Part shown: piece by piece, positions 1 through 15,523 of the stretch
Layout of the letters: the number at the start of each line of letters is the position of its first letter
Numbering within the stretch: position 1 is the first letter of the stretch
From: Escherichia phage ECO07P1
Sequence record: OP172784
Direction: 5' to 3' (one strand)
Length of the DNA stretch: 64,000 bases
Translations under genes and position numbers: made by a program
The notes under the pieces: generated by a model
What the model saw: only the letters and a program-made list of their open reading frames with translations
Databases searched by the model: none
What the model was told of the DNA's origin: nothing

Positions 1-396
1 CAGGCCTTTAATTTCGACTTCTTTTGTTACGGTTTTAGCGTCACGAGCATATTGGCGAACAACAGCGCTCTTTTTATACTCTGCTGGTTTTCCACCAGTA
101 ATTTCGTTCCCTTGCCCAGCAGCAATGCTTTGCCAGTCAACAAACTTCTGGCGAGCATCATGTGCCTCATCGTTCATTACTGTAACAGTCCAGTCATCGA
201 ATGTACGATCGCCTGCTACGTTAATTTTACGGTTCATAAATCCGACTGGAATTTTTTCTACAATACCAGCTGGTAAAGCAGTGGCTTTACATTGAAACGT
301 AAAATTTTGTCCAAGATAAGAAATTTCTACTTGGAATAAGTTAGGTCGAGCAAAATCACCAGATTCAAACGCTCGTGTTACATCATCTACAAACAT
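1..396 (-). CDS. 19: tail tube protein gp19, N-terminal ~132 codons (rest of gene outside window)
   Basis: Minus-strand translation from ATG at 396 reads MFVDDVTRAFESGDFARPNLFQVEISYLGQNF; frame open to window edge; TATAAATA late motif upstream. Confidence 0.85.
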   Translation of the reverse strand, partial: MFVDDVTRAFESGDFARPNLFQVEISYLGQNFTFQCKATALPAGIVEKIPVGFMNRKINVAGDRTFDDWTVTVMNDEAHDARQKFVDWQSIAAGQGNEITGGKPAEYKKSAVVRQYARDAKTVTKEVEIKGL

Positions 397-410
397 ATTA
401 GCCTCTGTAG

Positions 411-418
411 TATTTATA
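411..418 (-). promoter_or_regulatory. T4 late promoter motif TATAAATA (gene 19)
   Basis: Minus strand reads TATAAATA followed by GAGG Shine-Dalgarno and gene 19 ATG. Confidence 0.6.
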
Positions 419-469
419 TCCCTATGTTTAACCTAGGGCATATAGAATTAAAGAATTAAGGATATAGTG

Positions 470-477
470 TATTTATA
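470..477 (-). promoter_or_regulatory. second TATAAATA late-promoter-like motif
   Basis: Minus-strand TATAAATA just downstream of the HNH ORF and its hairpin. Confidence 0.4.
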
Positions 478-478
478 T

Positions 479-496
479 GGCCTGCCGAAACAGGCC
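479..496 (-). terminator. hairpin downstream of HNH ORF (terminator or RNA-stability element)
   Basis: GGCCTG-CCGAAA-CAGGCC inverted repeat; no clear T-run. Confidence 0.35.
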
Positions 497-503
497 TTTA
501 GAA

Positions 504-1121
504 TCATTCTAGTAAATCCCAAAGATCTACGCTATTTCTTTTTGACTTTTCTCGGTTAGATTCCCAAGTGATTATTTCTAAATTATTAATACCGCCAATT
601 ATTTTAGCAGGAATTAAATTATCAAAACCGTATTTGATAGATACCTTATGATCAAGTTGGTAAGCACCTTCTGTACCACACACTCCTATCTTATCAGCAT
701 TTGGCCATTTTGACCAAATTTTCTTATGCTTACGAGTTTCTCTATATACCGATGAAATATATTCACGCATTTCAGATTTATTTGGGTTCCATCTTGGATG
801 ATTTACGCCATGCATACATTCTACGGTTTTTCCTTTATTCGCTGAACCATATGAATTATTATGCATTTTATCTTTATGACGGCAATCACAACAAATATCA
901 GTGTTTCTTCCAATGCGTTGATTATATTCAATTCCACATTTATCGCAACGACATTTTACATACGCAGTACTACCTTTAATGTCTTCAACTTTAACATCAA
1001 TTTCATAATACTTAAATCCGTGTTTAACCGCTCCAAGAGGTGTTAATTTATATCCCTTTGACTGATAATGTTTAAAATTTGATGGTACAATTTTTACTTT
1101 AATGAATTTAGAAATAATCAC
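504..1121 (-). CDS. HNH-family homing endonuclease-like protein with Cys-rich N-terminal region
   Basis: 205 aa ORF; CxxC...CxxC cluster (CRCDKCG, CCDCRH); C-terminal HNH-like signature QLDHKVS...IGGINNLEIITWESNREK; sits between genes 18 and 19. Confidence 0.5.
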   Translation of the reverse strand: MIISKFIKVKIVPSNFKHYQSKGYKLTPLGAVKHGFKYYEIDVKVEDIKGSTAYVKCRCDKCGIEYNQRIGRNTDICCDCRHKDKMHNNSYGSANKGKTVECMHGVNHPRWNPNKSEMREYISSVYRETRKHKKIWSKWPNADKIGVCGTEGAYQLDHKVSIKYGFDNLIPAKIIGGINNLEIITWESNREKSKRNSVDLWDLLE

Positions 1122-1138
1122 TTGATTCCTCGAGAACA

Positions 1139-1152
1139 GGGGCCGAAGCCCC
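1139..1152 (-). terminator. hairpin after gene 18
   Basis: GGGGCTTCGGCCCC (UUCG loop) on minus strand after gene 18 stop. Confidence 0.45.
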
Positions 1153-1159
1153 TTATCAA

Positions 1160-3139
1160 TTAACCTGCAAGACCAGTTAACTCATCGAAATCTGCACCAG
1201 TAGCAGTTGCGACGAAATTCAAAGTAATATAATTTATACTGCGCGCCGGTTGGATGTAGAATGTTGCAACAAACTCATTTCTATCAATTACTGACGGAGT
1301 GTTATTTGTTGTATCGCAAACTACACGATATTCATAAATTCCACCGAGAGCTTTAATTCCCTGCAAGTACTGGGAAGTTTCTGTGCGGAACGATGAACGA
1401 GTAAACGCGTTGTTTAATTCGAACAAACGATATTTTGAACTACGTCCGATATTCGTTTTCAACATATTAAACAGACGACGAACGTTAATACGATCAAATG
1501 GAGAAGGAACAGAAGTAGCTGTTTTATCACCATACAATACGTAACCATCACCACCTGTACCAGTTACTGGGTTGATAGCTTCTTGGTATAAACGGTCGCG
1601 CTGCGCCTGGCGAGTTTCAATAGCAAGTTTAATAACGTTAAGAATCTGGCCACGATTATAACCAGCTGGAGACATCCAAGTCTGAGAAACGTTATCAGTT
1701 CTTGCGCATAAACCAGCAATATCAGCTGCTAATGGAACCCAACGATTCACATCATTATATTTGTCATACTGATACTTGTAGTTACCATCAATTGCTGCAT
1801 AGGTTGAACTGATATTAAAGTTATTATCAGTGTATGAACCTGCTGCAGTTCTCCAATTGACTAAGTTATCAACAGCACGAGTTACAGGAATTCCAACCAC
1901 AGTTTCACGCGGTGGTGAGCACAATACCAAGCAATCTTGGCGAGCATCACCAATTGAAACAACATGTTTTTGGACAGTAGATGCTGTTTCAAGAGATTCA
2001 CCGGCACAAGAACCAGCAATAAACAACTGAACGTCAACAGATTCACGGTCAGCAAAGAAGTCCCAGGCTTCCATCAAATCTCCTGCTGTTACTTCAGCAT
2101 TTGACGATAATCCACCAGACAGAGTTAAAATTCCGGAGAAGCCTTCTGGCCAGTTTTGTGCAGTTGCGAAAATATATTCTGAACCGCCTTTTGCGAAAAA
2201 GTCATCAATATAGATGTTACTATCGTAAATATCTTTTTCACCACGCTTTGTTGAAAGAACAACGCTTTGAACAATAGCATCATTGCGACGAACTATAATA
2301 GCGTATTGTGAATCAGTTTGTGGTCCATATCCAAACACTGCTTTGGCAGTAGATGCGCGTGTTCCGCCACCTGGATAAATTGGTAGTAATGCAGAAGCAC
2401 CTTTTGCGTAGTCAGCTTTAGATACGATTTCAATTTCGATTTTATCGCCCAACTCGCCTGGATAAAGAGCTACTACTCCTGGAATTCCATATTTTTCGAG
2501 ATTTGTTTGAAAGTCAACAGCTGTCATGGCAGCTTCGGCATTTTCAATTTCAGCTAATAAAATACCAGAATCAGTAATAATTTTTCCAAGAGTTATTACT
2601 GCAGCTAAACCAGAGGAAGACGAAGAAATTTCTGCGGTCCAGTTAGAACCTAGTGCTGGATATTCGCCTACTTCTTTCGCTTTAGCGATAATTTTTGCGG
2701 TAGGAATATTAATTTTCTTAATTTTTCCATCAGCATCTACTTCGGTAATTTTACATTCTGTTTCAATGTCTTCTGAAACATACTTAACCGTGATTTTATC
2801 TCCAACCGCGTAGTTACTACCTGGGGTAGAAATAGTGTATTCAATATTACCGGCAATCGGAGATGAGTTTTTAGCGGTATCTCTATCGACAGCACGCACA
2901 ACTCGCAAATCATTTCCGTATTGTAAGAAATTCATTGCAGACATAAAATAGTCAGCAGTTTCAGCTGTAGGTTGACCAAAAGTATTAACTAAATCTACTT
3001 CATTTGTAACCTGTTTAATTTGAAAAGCAGGACCCCACTGGAATTTACCGGCCAGAGCTGCTGTACCAGTAGAGTTATTAACCACGGTGCTTTGAACCGT
3101 AGTTTCTTTGAGCTCAATGCCCGGAGATAATAAAGTCAT
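1160..3139 (-). CDS. 18: contractile tail sheath protein gp18
   Basis: 659 aa, same length as T4 gp18; position between 17 and 19. Confidence 0.92.
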   Translation of the reverse strand: MTLLSPGIELKETTVQSTVVNNSTGTAALAGKFQWGPAFQIKQVTNEVDLVNTFGQPTAETADYFMSAMNFLQYGNDLRVVRAVDRDTAKNSSPIAGNIEYTISTPGSNYAVGDKITVKYVSEDIETECKITEVDADGKIKKINIPTAKIIAKAKEVGEYPALGSNWTAEISSSSSGLAAVITLGKIITDSGILLAEIENAEAAMTAVDFQTNLEKYGIPGVVALYPGELGDKIEIEIVSKADYAKGASALLPIYPGGGTRASTAKAVFGYGPQTDSQYAIIVRRNDAIVQSVVLSTKRGEKDIYDSNIYIDDFFAKGGSEYIFATAQNWPEGFSGILTLSGGLSSNAEVTAGDLMEAWDFFADRESVDVQLFIAGSCAGESLETASTVQKHVVSIGDARQDCLVLCSPPRETVVGIPVTRAVDNLVNWRTAAGSYTDNNFNISSTYAAIDGNYKYQYDKYNDVNRWVPLAADIAGLCARTDNVSQTWMSPAGYNRGQILNVIKLAIETRQAQRDRLYQEAINPVTGTGGDGYVLYGDKTATSVPSPFDRINVRRLFNMLKTNIGRSSKYRLFELNNAFTRSSFRTETSQYLQGIKALGGIYEYRVVCDTTNNTPSVIDRNEFVATFYIQPARSINYITLNFVATATGADFDELTGLAG

Positions 3140-3167
3140 TTTTAATCCTCTTTAATATGCTTTAATA

Positions 3168-6308
<3,141 letters not shown>

Positions 6309-6349
6309 GATTTCTCCTAATCTGGGCTTTAATTAGTTTATAATATTTA

Positions 6350-8051
<1,702 letters not shown>

Positions 8052-8081
8052 TTAAAATCCTTTGGGGCCTTGCGGCCCATG

Positions 8082-9545
8082 TTATGCTGGTGATAAAAAG
8101 GTAGAAAGCAATACCCATTCGCCGTCTTTACGAACGTAAGCTTGGCCATCTTTTGGAGCTTCAGGAATATAACCTGCTTCTTGTAGAGCTTGAACATCAC
8201 CTTGCAGAGAAGATATACTGCCTTTGGCTGTATTCACTTCTTGTGTAACTGATGCAATGTTGGTTTCGTTAGCTTTTATTGAATTGGTTAATCCACGTTC
8301 TTCGACAGTTGAACCGTTTGGATTAGTTCCATTTACTAAAGTATTTAACGCTACAACTTGCCCTTTAATTCCTGTGCTGTTATTACCAATCTCTACTTGT
8401 AGGTTTTGAACATCATTATTCAAGCCTGAAACAGAAGTTTCAATTGTAGAAACTCGGTTTAAAAGAGACCCAGGAGGAGAAGGTTGTCCACCGCTAGAAT
8501 CAGTTCCAACAATTTGGTTTAACCATGAAACATTCGCTCTTAAACCGGATGAAGTGTTTTCACCTACAATTCCGTTTAGAGCTTCGATTGAAGTTGTATT
8601 ATCTTTAATTTGTCCTTTAATACTCGAAGGAATATCATCTGAACCGATAGAAGTTTCTATAGCGGTTAAACGCTGTTTAATACCTCCACTTTGATTTAGC
8701 TCTAAATTAATAGATGCAATATTATCAGTGTTTGTATTAACACTCGTGATAATCGAATTATTTCCTGGATATCCTATTGAGGTCTTAATAGCACTAATGT
8801 CAGATTCAAATGTTGTCTGTTTAGTGTCAATTTCATTTAAACGACTATAAACGTTTTGTGAAAATGATGGCGGTTTCGGTCCAAGCTCTTCACGAAGATT
8901 ACCAACTTCAATAGTCAAAGAACCTACATCAGATTCAATAAATTTTGTTTCTAATTCGCTTAAACGTATTCCCTGTGAAGTAATGGCATCAGTATTATTA
9001 ATAATGCGATGCTTCATTCCACTACTAGGATTTCCTACAACAGGAAGACCATTAATATCTTGACCTGCGTATTGTCCAAGTTCACGCTTTATCCACAGTA
9101 AATCATTTCTGATTGTTCTGTATACAGAGTTGGCCTCAGAGTTAAATGGACCAATATCAGCAAGAATACTGTCAACCGTACTATTAGTTCCATTTAATAT
9201 TTCTGTATGTTCACTGGTTAGCGTTTTGAGGTCAGAAATATCCTTTTTATTGATACCTATTTGGGCCAAAGCTTCAATATCACCAGATACATCTAAGATG
9301 CCCTGAATTGTTTTAATATCACTATTTGCGGTTTCTAAAGATGTTTTAAGTATTCCAATATTTTTATCAAGAACTTCAACATTTCTTAGTACAGAAACTG
9401 TAGGTCTATTCATTGAACCTTCGCTTCCATACTGCGTGTCAGCTCCTAATATTTCTTCGCCGTTTTTAATCCAGGAAATGCGGCTCTGGCCCTCTGCAGG
9501 AGAGCCGTCAACGAATGGTAAGTCATTCAGTACAATATCTGTCAT
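8082..9545 (-). CDS. wac: fibritin (whisker antigen control)
   Basis: 487 aa; repetitive coiled-coil body; C-terminal foldon [27 protein letters not shown]. Confidence 0.92.
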   Translation of the reverse strand: MTDIVLNDLPFVDGSPAEGQSRISWIKNGEEILGADTQYGSEGSMNRPTVSVLRNVEVLDKNIGILKTSLETANSDIKTIQGILDVSGDIEALAQIGINKKDISDLKTLTSEHTEILNGTNSTVDSILADIGPFNSEANSVYRTIRNDLLWIKRELGQYAGQDINGLPVVGNPSSGMKHRIINNTDAITSQGIRLSELETKFIESDVGSLTIEVGNLREELGPKPPSFSQNVYSRLNEIDTKQTTFESDISAIKTSIGYPGNNSIITSVNTNTDNIASINLELNQSGGIKQRLTAIETSIGSDDIPSSIKGQIKDNTTSIEALNGIVGENTSSGLRANVSWLNQIVGTDSSGGQPSPPGSLLNRVSTIETSVSGLNNDVQNLQVEIGNNSTGIKGQVVALNTLVNGTNPNGSTVEERGLTNSIKANETNIASVTQEVNTAKGSISSLQGDVQALQEAGYIPEAPKDGQAYVRKDGEWVLLSTFLSPA

Positions 9546-11125
9546 TCTTTTACCTTAATTATGTAGTTTAAAGAAATGTTCCATGGACGTGTTTCATTTC
9601 CAATTAATTCAGGACGATTTAGTGTATATTTGGAATTTCGTTGTGATGCTGGGTCAATTTCATATCCGTCATTGGTGAAGTATGAATGGTTATCCCAGTC
9701 AAGTCCTTTACGTGTACCAACAAAATTTGATCTACGAGTATTACCGAATGCCCCAGAATCATCAGCCTCACCAAATCCGCCAGCGTGTTTATGATAAGAC
9801 ATCTGCTGTTTTTGTACTTCACCGACATATCCACCGGTACAACCTACACCTAATCTAGGCTTACCAAATTGGTCATTACCATTAACATTTGGATTCGTTA
9901 AGTGAGAGCCACGACCAGAGCCACGAACAAAAAGACCACGCATGTCAGGCAATCCAGGATTTGATGAGCTTCCGCCATATCTTGTTCCAATTCTAGAAGC
10001 ATATAATGGGCAATCTGACGCAGAAACAGTTCCACCATGACAGAAGCGCCAAGCATCACTAGGAAGACTATCTGCCGCCCACATCATAATAGCTCCGACA
10101 GGAATAGTTCTATCTATTTCATTCTGCGTTACAACACGCTTACCTTGAATATAACCACCGGTCATGTTAACTGTTCCGGTAATATTTGCTCCGCCTGAAG
10201 CTATTGTAAGCGTATTATTAATACGAAGTGTTCCATTAATCGTTTGACCACCTCTTTGGTGGATAACGTCAGCATTCCAAGCTAGTGCTGATGAAGCATC
10301 ACCTCCGCTCTGTGAACCGGCGGTTGTAGTTAATTTAACCACGCCTCTCATTGACGTTGTAGAACCACGACCATTAAGAGTTGCGCCAGTAACCGCAACA
10401 GAAGCATTATTTGAGTTAACTTCTGATTGTGTTCCTAATTTAATTACGCCTTTATATTCTTCAGTAGCAGTAGAATTCATTAGCGTATAAGGAGAAATTG
10501 CATAGCCTTCTCTTAAGGTTCCTTGACGAACTTGAGCTACTGTCGCTAATTGAACAACGCCTTGGTCCGATTCGGTAGCTGTGGTTTCAGAAGGAGCGAT
10601 TTGCGCAATTAGTTTAATAGCTAACTGCTGCGTTTTTAATGGAGTCATTGCAGTAGTATCATCTGCGCCAGCTAATGCTTGCGGTAGAGATGAAATTTTA
10701 ATAACACCATTCGAGGATTCAGTTGAAACACGAGTTTCAAACGCATTATTAAGAGCAACAGTAAATTTAGCTGGAGTTATAGAAGATTCGTTATTAACTC
10801 CGGCAATGGCTTCATCATTGGTTGAATATCTTGTTAATCCGTAAACAGTTTCAGTTGCATTTGGATAAGATAATCTTGTTGCCAACGTTGCTGGTGTAAC
10901 TGCTTTGGTATTATTAGTTCCATCTATAACTTCCTGTTCAGTGGCAAGAAATAAAATTCCCTTTGTTGTTGACGATGCATCAGGAACTCCATTTACGCCA
11001 GCAGGAGAAATGGCTGCTATAGCAGCCTGAACATCAGTAATCTCTGGTGGAAAATTCGTATCGGTAGGATCAAATTTTACATAACGAGATTCATTAGAAA
11101 CGTGTTGATATGTATTATTACTCAT
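9542..11125 (-). CDS. 12: short tail fiber protein gp12
   Basis: 527 aa matches T4 gp12; Gly/Thr/Ser-rich fibrous composition; synteny. Confidence 0.88.
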   Translation of the reverse strand: MSNNTYQHVSNESRYVKFDPTDTNFPPEITDVQAAIAAISPAGVNGVPDASSTTKGILFLATEQEVIDGTNNTKAVTPATLATRLSYPNATETVYGLTRYSTNDEAIAGVNNESSITPAKFTVALNNAFETRVSTESSNGVIKISSLPQALAGADDTTAMTPLKTQQLAIKLIAQIAPSETTATESDQGVVQLATVAQVRQGTLREGYAISPYTLMNSTATEEYKGVIKLGTQSEVNSNNASVAVTGATLNGRGSTTSMRGVVKLTTTAGSQSGGDASSALAWNADVIHQRGGQTINGTLRINNTLTIASGGANITGTVNMTGGYIQGKRVVTQNEIDRTIPVGAIMMWAADSLPSDAWRFCHGGTVSASDCPLYASRIGTRYGGSSSNPGLPDMRGLFVRGSGRGSHLTNPNVNGNDQFGKPRLGVGCTGGYVGEVQKQQMSYHKHAGGFGEADDSGAFGNTRRSNFVGTRKGLDWDNHSYFTNDGYEIDPASQRNSKYTLNRPELIGNETRPWNISLNYIIKVKE

Positions 11126-11781
11126 GCTGTTCTCTCAAAATGATAAAATACTGTAGGAGTATGCTGATTATCTAAAGTTACCGTTTGTGCGCCTAATAAA
11201 TTCCATGTACCGTAGCCAGGTTTAGACTCAGAAATAATTTCCTGCGAAATAGTTATTCCATATGTAGAATATGTGCTTAATACATGTTTTTGATTATCTA
11301 AATAAGTAACTTCTAATTTACTACCATCTGTTGGATGGTCTTTATATGAGTTGATAGCAGTAAATGACGCAATAGCTTCTTGAAGGGCAACACGAACTTT
11401 GGCGACAAACTCAATAGCTGTCATTCCAGTTGTTGCTGAAACTGGAAGACCGAATACTAATACAGTAACAGGAGAACCAGGAGGAAGCGAATCATCTGTT
11501 ACAGTTCCCGAAAATGCCCAATAATCAGTTTGAGAAACACCCTCAGGAGAAACACCAGTTTTATTAGTAATAATTGTACCAACGTCTTTTATAGAAAAAT
11601 TATGAACATCATTAATAGCTGATTCTACGTTTGGTTCATAAAATCCTTTCGCTAATTGAGAAATTGTCACTGACCCAACTGATTGACGATTCATTACATC
11701 GATGTCACCAGTTTTAGGTCTAAAACCAAGAAAATCGGCTAAGCGGGAAATAACTCCCGCTTTATTATTAAGTAAACTCAT
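11122..11781 (-). CDS. 11: baseplate wedge protein gp11
   Basis: Start set at [20 protein letters not shown] (219 aa, matches T4 gp11) rather than the longest ORF; start overlaps gene 10 stop. Confidence 0.85.
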   Translation of the reverse strand: MSLLNNKAGVISRLADFLGFRPKTGDIDVMNRQSVGSVTISQLAKGFYEPNVESAINDVHNFSIKDVGTIITNKTGVSPEGVSQTDYWAFSGTVTDDSLPPGSPVTVLVFGLPVSATTGMTAIEFVAKVRVALQEAIASFTAINSYKDHPTDGSKLEVTYLDNQKHVLSTYSTYGITISQEIISESKPGYGTWNLLGAQTVTLDNQHTPTVFYHFERTA

Positions 11782-13589
11782 TATGCAATCCTTATCCAAC
11801 GATAAACTGTAATATATGGTTGAATGTTAGTTATTGATGTTGGCGGAGTGTGAGTAGAGTTAGTAGATGCTTTAGCTTCACGGTATTTCGTGTAAACTGG
11901 ACCGGATTCATCTGGATCGTATTGACATCCACCAACAATGACTGATCCATTTTCATCAACTATTAGAACTTCTTCATCTGTTTCAGTTGCAGGAAGATTA
12001 GCATTTTCCAATGTAACAGAAGTAGAACCGCCTGTTCCACCTGCAGTATGTGAAGGATTTCCACCCGAATCTAAATCGTTGTTATTTAGAGCAAAGTTAG
12101 GGTCCGAAATATCTTCATTCCATCCAACTAAAACTTTTCCTTGCCCAAATAATTTCCATGAGCCGAATCCCATATATGTAACAGGGTTATTTGGATTAAC
12201 AGCGTTTTCATATATAGTTCCAATAGGATAAATCGTATCAAAGATATTTGAAACAGCATTAAATTCGCGTTGATAGGATTGAACTGCTTCTACATTTGGC
12301 CAACCAATTTTATCGAAGTCTGTTAAATTTACATCACCTGAAATATCTACTCCCGGTCCTTGCGATACATAGAGATTATCAGTTTCATCAATAATCTCAT
12401 CTTTTGTTAATAATGTACCTAAATCATTATTAAACCAGGTGATATTGATAATGTCACCATGCTCAAATACTCTATCGAAATGTAAAATTTCCGGTATGCC
12501 GTTTTCGTCAGTTTCAACTGAATAGTCGGTATGAGACTGTTCCCAAGTTCCACCTAAAACAGAGCATTCTACTTCATCGTCTGAATCGGCACCAACACAA
12601 TGAAATAATGGCATTCCAACTGTTCCAGCCAATTCTTGTAAAATTCCATTAAAACGAACCTCAAGAGAATTAGGATTAATAGGTTCACCTGGAATTAATC
12701 CAAAAGCTGAAAATGGAATTGATTTCATTGTTGATAAATCAGTAACGTAAATGCTTCCTTCTAAAGAAGTTTTTGACGTTAATTTTGAATCTAACAGTCT
12801 AATTTGGCGTCTTGTATATGAACTTCTCCATTGTGATACACCATCCATAAATGTTTCAATTTGAACAGTGTCGCCAATATTACAAGGCTGTCTTAATCGA
12901 ATATTAAATCCATCAAGAGGAACTAATTCGCCTTCATTTTCGCCCGGAGAGCCAAAATCACTGTTTTCACTAAATACATCGCCGTAATACAATTCGTTAC
13001 CACGATGTTTTACTCTGATGTTATTTACATTATAACTAGTTCCACGGAAAACATCTAAAAAGTCTGTTTGTCCTTGGACTTCGACTAAAAATTCTTTACG
13101 AGCTACATTACTAATGTCTGAACTGGTAATTTTGTCAATTTGTTTATTTTTGACATATTCCCAACGTCCTGGGGCGCAATACACTAATTCCAAATCGCTG
13201 AATTGAACATTAATTTCAACTGGTACTGCAGAACCTTTAATCGTATCGCCGGAAGCAGCTACTAGCGTAACTGGGTTAACGTTCCATGTAGCAAATACGT
13301 CTCTAGCTCTAATTACTTTGTTGTAATCATTGACAGTTCCTTTTGGAAGATTTATAGTTACTCTTCCAGAAGAGGTATTAATAGCGTATGATTTTCCCCA
13401 TTCGGCTTTTAGTGTTTGGCCAGATGAAGCATCATAAGTTTTCCAGGCACCGGCTGAATATGGAACATCTCCATCACCGAGCTCGTAATAAAGCTCATCA
13501 AAGTTTTCATTTATTTTTATACCACCTTTACGCAGGTAGTCACCGGTACCATCATCAACAACATTACCGATATTAATATTTTGTTTCAT
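11781..13589 (-). CDS. 10: baseplate wedge protein gp10
   Basis: 602 aa matches T4 gp10; synteny. Confidence 0.88.
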   Translation of the reverse strand: MKQNINIGNVVDDGTGDYLRKGGIKINENFDELYYELGDGDVPYSAGAWKTYDASSGQTLKAEWGKSYAINTSSGRVTINLPKGTVNDYNKVIRARDVFATWNVNPVTLVAASGDTIKGSAVPVEINVQFSDLELVYCAPGRWEYVKNKQIDKITSSDISNVARKEFLVEVQGQTDFLDVFRGTSYNVNNIRVKHRGNELYYGDVFSENSDFGSPGENEGELVPLDGFNIRLRQPCNIGDTVQIETFMDGVSQWRSSYTRRQIRLLDSKLTSKTSLEGSIYVTDLSTMKSIPFSAFGLIPGEPINPNSLEVRFNGILQELAGTVGMPLFHCVGADSDDEVECSVLGGTWEQSHTDYSVETDENGIPEILHFDRVFEHGDIINITWFNNDLGTLLTKDEIIDETDNLYVSQGPGVDISGDVNLTDFDKIGWPNVEAVQSYQREFNAVSNIFDTIYPIGTIYENAVNPNNPVTYMGFGSWKLFGQGKVLVGWNEDISDPNFALNNNDLDSGGNPSHTAGGTGGSTSVTLENANLPATETDEEVLIVDENGSVIVGGCQYDPDESGPVYTKYREAKASTNSTHTPPTSITNIQPYITVYRWIRIA

Positions 13590-14455
13590 TATTGAGCCAC
13601 CCCGATTTTCTGCGTAGCGATAACTTTAACTGCTGCTCTCATACCGACAGTTGAAGAACTTATAGTCGCCGTTACATAATTTTCTTTAATACTAAATGCA
13701 ATATTAGCGATTTCGTCTTCTTCGGTTTCATTCCCAACTCGCATGACAGCATATTCAGAAGAAATGACCTCTGAATTAACAGTATCCACAAGAATATTTA
13801 TTTCTGCCGTTTTAATTTTTCTTCCATCTACTGATTGGCATGTAACTAACAATTTAGCCATGTTATATTCAGTACGATGAAATAGTGGAATATCAACTGA
13901 TCCGGATGTAGAAATATTCCATGTACCTTCAGCAGGTGATTCCTTTTGACCAAACATACTTTCAATAGAATAATTCCACACCGATGTAGAATTATCAGAT
14001 GAAATACAACGTAAAGTTACTTTACTATATGGGCTAGTTACTACTAAATTACCTGAAACACCTTTAATTGAATCAATGGCTTGAATTGTTAAAGGATTAG
14101 TAACTGATATTGATCCATTTGAGTTAATAAATTCAACACAATCACCAAGTTCGCCTCTTTCAATGATAACTTTAACACCTACAGTAGAGGTATCAATATC
14201 ATGTCTAGTGCCAACTTTCACTGGAGTTGCGTACTCTGCAATAGAGTGTTTTTGATAATATCCAGTAGCATGGATAATTTGACCATCTGCTCCAGTGCCA
14301 TTTGCTACTGCCATTTTGCGCTGATCGCCAAACGCATTATAAATTGCGTTAAAATCACTATTAATTTTATTACCACCGTCGAATAAGATATCACCAGTAG
14401 AAGCGTTACCAATTTCGCCGGTATCAATCAATTTCTTTGGTTCTTGAATGAACAT
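13589..14455 (-). CDS. 9: baseplate wedge protein gp9 (long tail fiber socket)
   Basis: 288 aa matches T4 gp9; TATAAATA late motif upstream on minus strand. Confidence 0.88.
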   Translation of the reverse strand: MFIQEPKKLIDTGEIGNASTGDILFDGGNKINSDFNAIYNAFGDQRKMAVANGTGADGQIIHATGYYQKHSIAEYATPVKVGTRHDIDTSTVGVKVIIERGELGDCVEFINSNGSISVTNPLTIQAIDSIKGVSGNLVVTSPYSKVTLRCISSDNSTSVWNYSIESMFGQKESPAEGTWNISTSGSVDIPLFHRTEYNMAKLLVTCQSVDGRKIKTAEINILVDTVNSEVISSEYAVMRVGNETEEDEIANIAFSIKENYVTATISSSTVGMRAAVKVIATQKIGVAQ

Positions 14456-14479
14456 AGCGGTTTCCTTATGAGTTTATAG

Positions 14480-14487
14480 TATTTATA
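14480..14487 (-). promoter_or_regulatory. T4 late promoter motif TATAAATA (gene 9)
   Basis: Minus-strand TATAAATA between gene 8 terminator hairpin and gene 9 start. Confidence 0.6.
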
Positions 14488-14490
14488 AAG

Positions 14491-14513
14491 AAAAAGGGAG
14501 CCCATGGGCTCCC
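14491..14513 (-). terminator. rho-independent terminator after gene 8
   Basis: Palindrome GGGAGCCCATGGGCTCCC followed on minus strand by TTTTT. Confidence 0.65.
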
Positions 14514-14518
14514 TCAAT

Positions 14519-15523
14519 TTAAAATGTAAACAGAATATTGATTTCTTCTGTTTGATCCATTGCCATGATAATAGGTGGCCTATTTTCCATATAAATCATT
14601 TCGCCCGAATGCCTCATTAAATCTTCCGGATCATAATAATCCTTTTCAGCTTTAACGTTTGGGTCATTTGGATGAGCTTTAGCTTCAAGAGGATTCGTGA
14701 TTATTGATATTTGTCTAAATCCTTTATTTCCTGGCAATGCAGCTTCAGGAAAATAAACTGAATCTAAATATGCTTTAAAACGGATAGTATTTGCCTTAAC
14801 CCGATAAATTAATCCAAAATCATCTTGTTGCCAAGTGAGATTATCTTCATACCCCCATCTAGTCGGGTCTTCTTTTAATTCCTCAGGCCAAGGAACCACA
14901 ATATATTCATTCGTGCATCTATTTATAGATACATCGGGCGGAATCTCAAAAAGATATTCCCATACATATCCGTCTCCAGGTTCAATTGTTCCTTCCGCGT
15001 CTCCTCGACCTTCAGGAGGAGTCATTGACCTAGCAGAAGGAGTCCATTTTCCACCTAACTTAAGGCATTCATCTTTATCAGTTAAAGATGCTATTGAACA
15101 CATTCCGGTATCAGGAACATCTAAACAACGATATACTAACCAGCCTGCGCCTGATTCGGTAGCATTGTAAGGAGCTGAGTTACACACTACAATATCGTTA
15201 ATTCTAAATGTGTATGGATCCGGATATCTAGTATCTCCCCAATCTCGACGAGGAATAACTGCATCAAGCATAGATGGAAGAACCTTCACGGTTCCCATCA
15301 TATGAGTCCACATGTCAGTTACACCTAATACAGAATCGGTGGGATAAGGTGGGGCAAATCCCACCTCATTTTCATTTGATGACCATGGTTCTGATCTTCC
15401 AAATGTGATAAAGATAGTGTTTTTATCCGGACCACTTCCAATTGAATTATAAAAATTCAACATTTTTTCTGTTCTAAATTTTGAAGTAACTATCGCACGA
15501 TAGATAACACTTGAATCATTCAT
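14519..15523 (-). CDS. 8: baseplate wedge protein gp8
   Basis: 334 aa matches T4 gp8; synteny. Confidence 0.88.
   Translation of the reverse strand: MNDSSVIYRAIVTSKFRTEKMLNFYNSIGSGPDKNTIFITFGRSEPWSSNENEVGFAPPYPTDSVLGVTDMWTHMMGTVKVLPSMLDAVIPRRDWGDTRYPDPYTFRINDIVVCNSAPYNATESGAGWLVYRCLDVPDTGMCSIASLTDKDECLKLGGKWTPSARSMTPPEGRGDAEGTIEPGDGYVWEYLFEIPPDVSINRCTNEYIVVPWPEELKEDPTRWGYEDNLTWQQDDFGLIYRVKANTIRFKAYLDSVYFPEAALPGNKGFRQISIITNPLEAKAHPNDPNVKAEKDYYDPEDLMRHSGEMIYMENRPPIIMAMDQTEEINILFTF

Noticed and set aside
52-276. 74-aa plus-strand ORF at the start of the window
   Set aside because: Lies antisense inside the well-supported gene 19 coding region; no RBS or promoter context
1830-2813. Plus-strand ORFs 1830-2030 and 2526-2813
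   Set aside because: Antisense within tail sheath gene 18, whose length matches T4 gp18 exactly; chance ORFs
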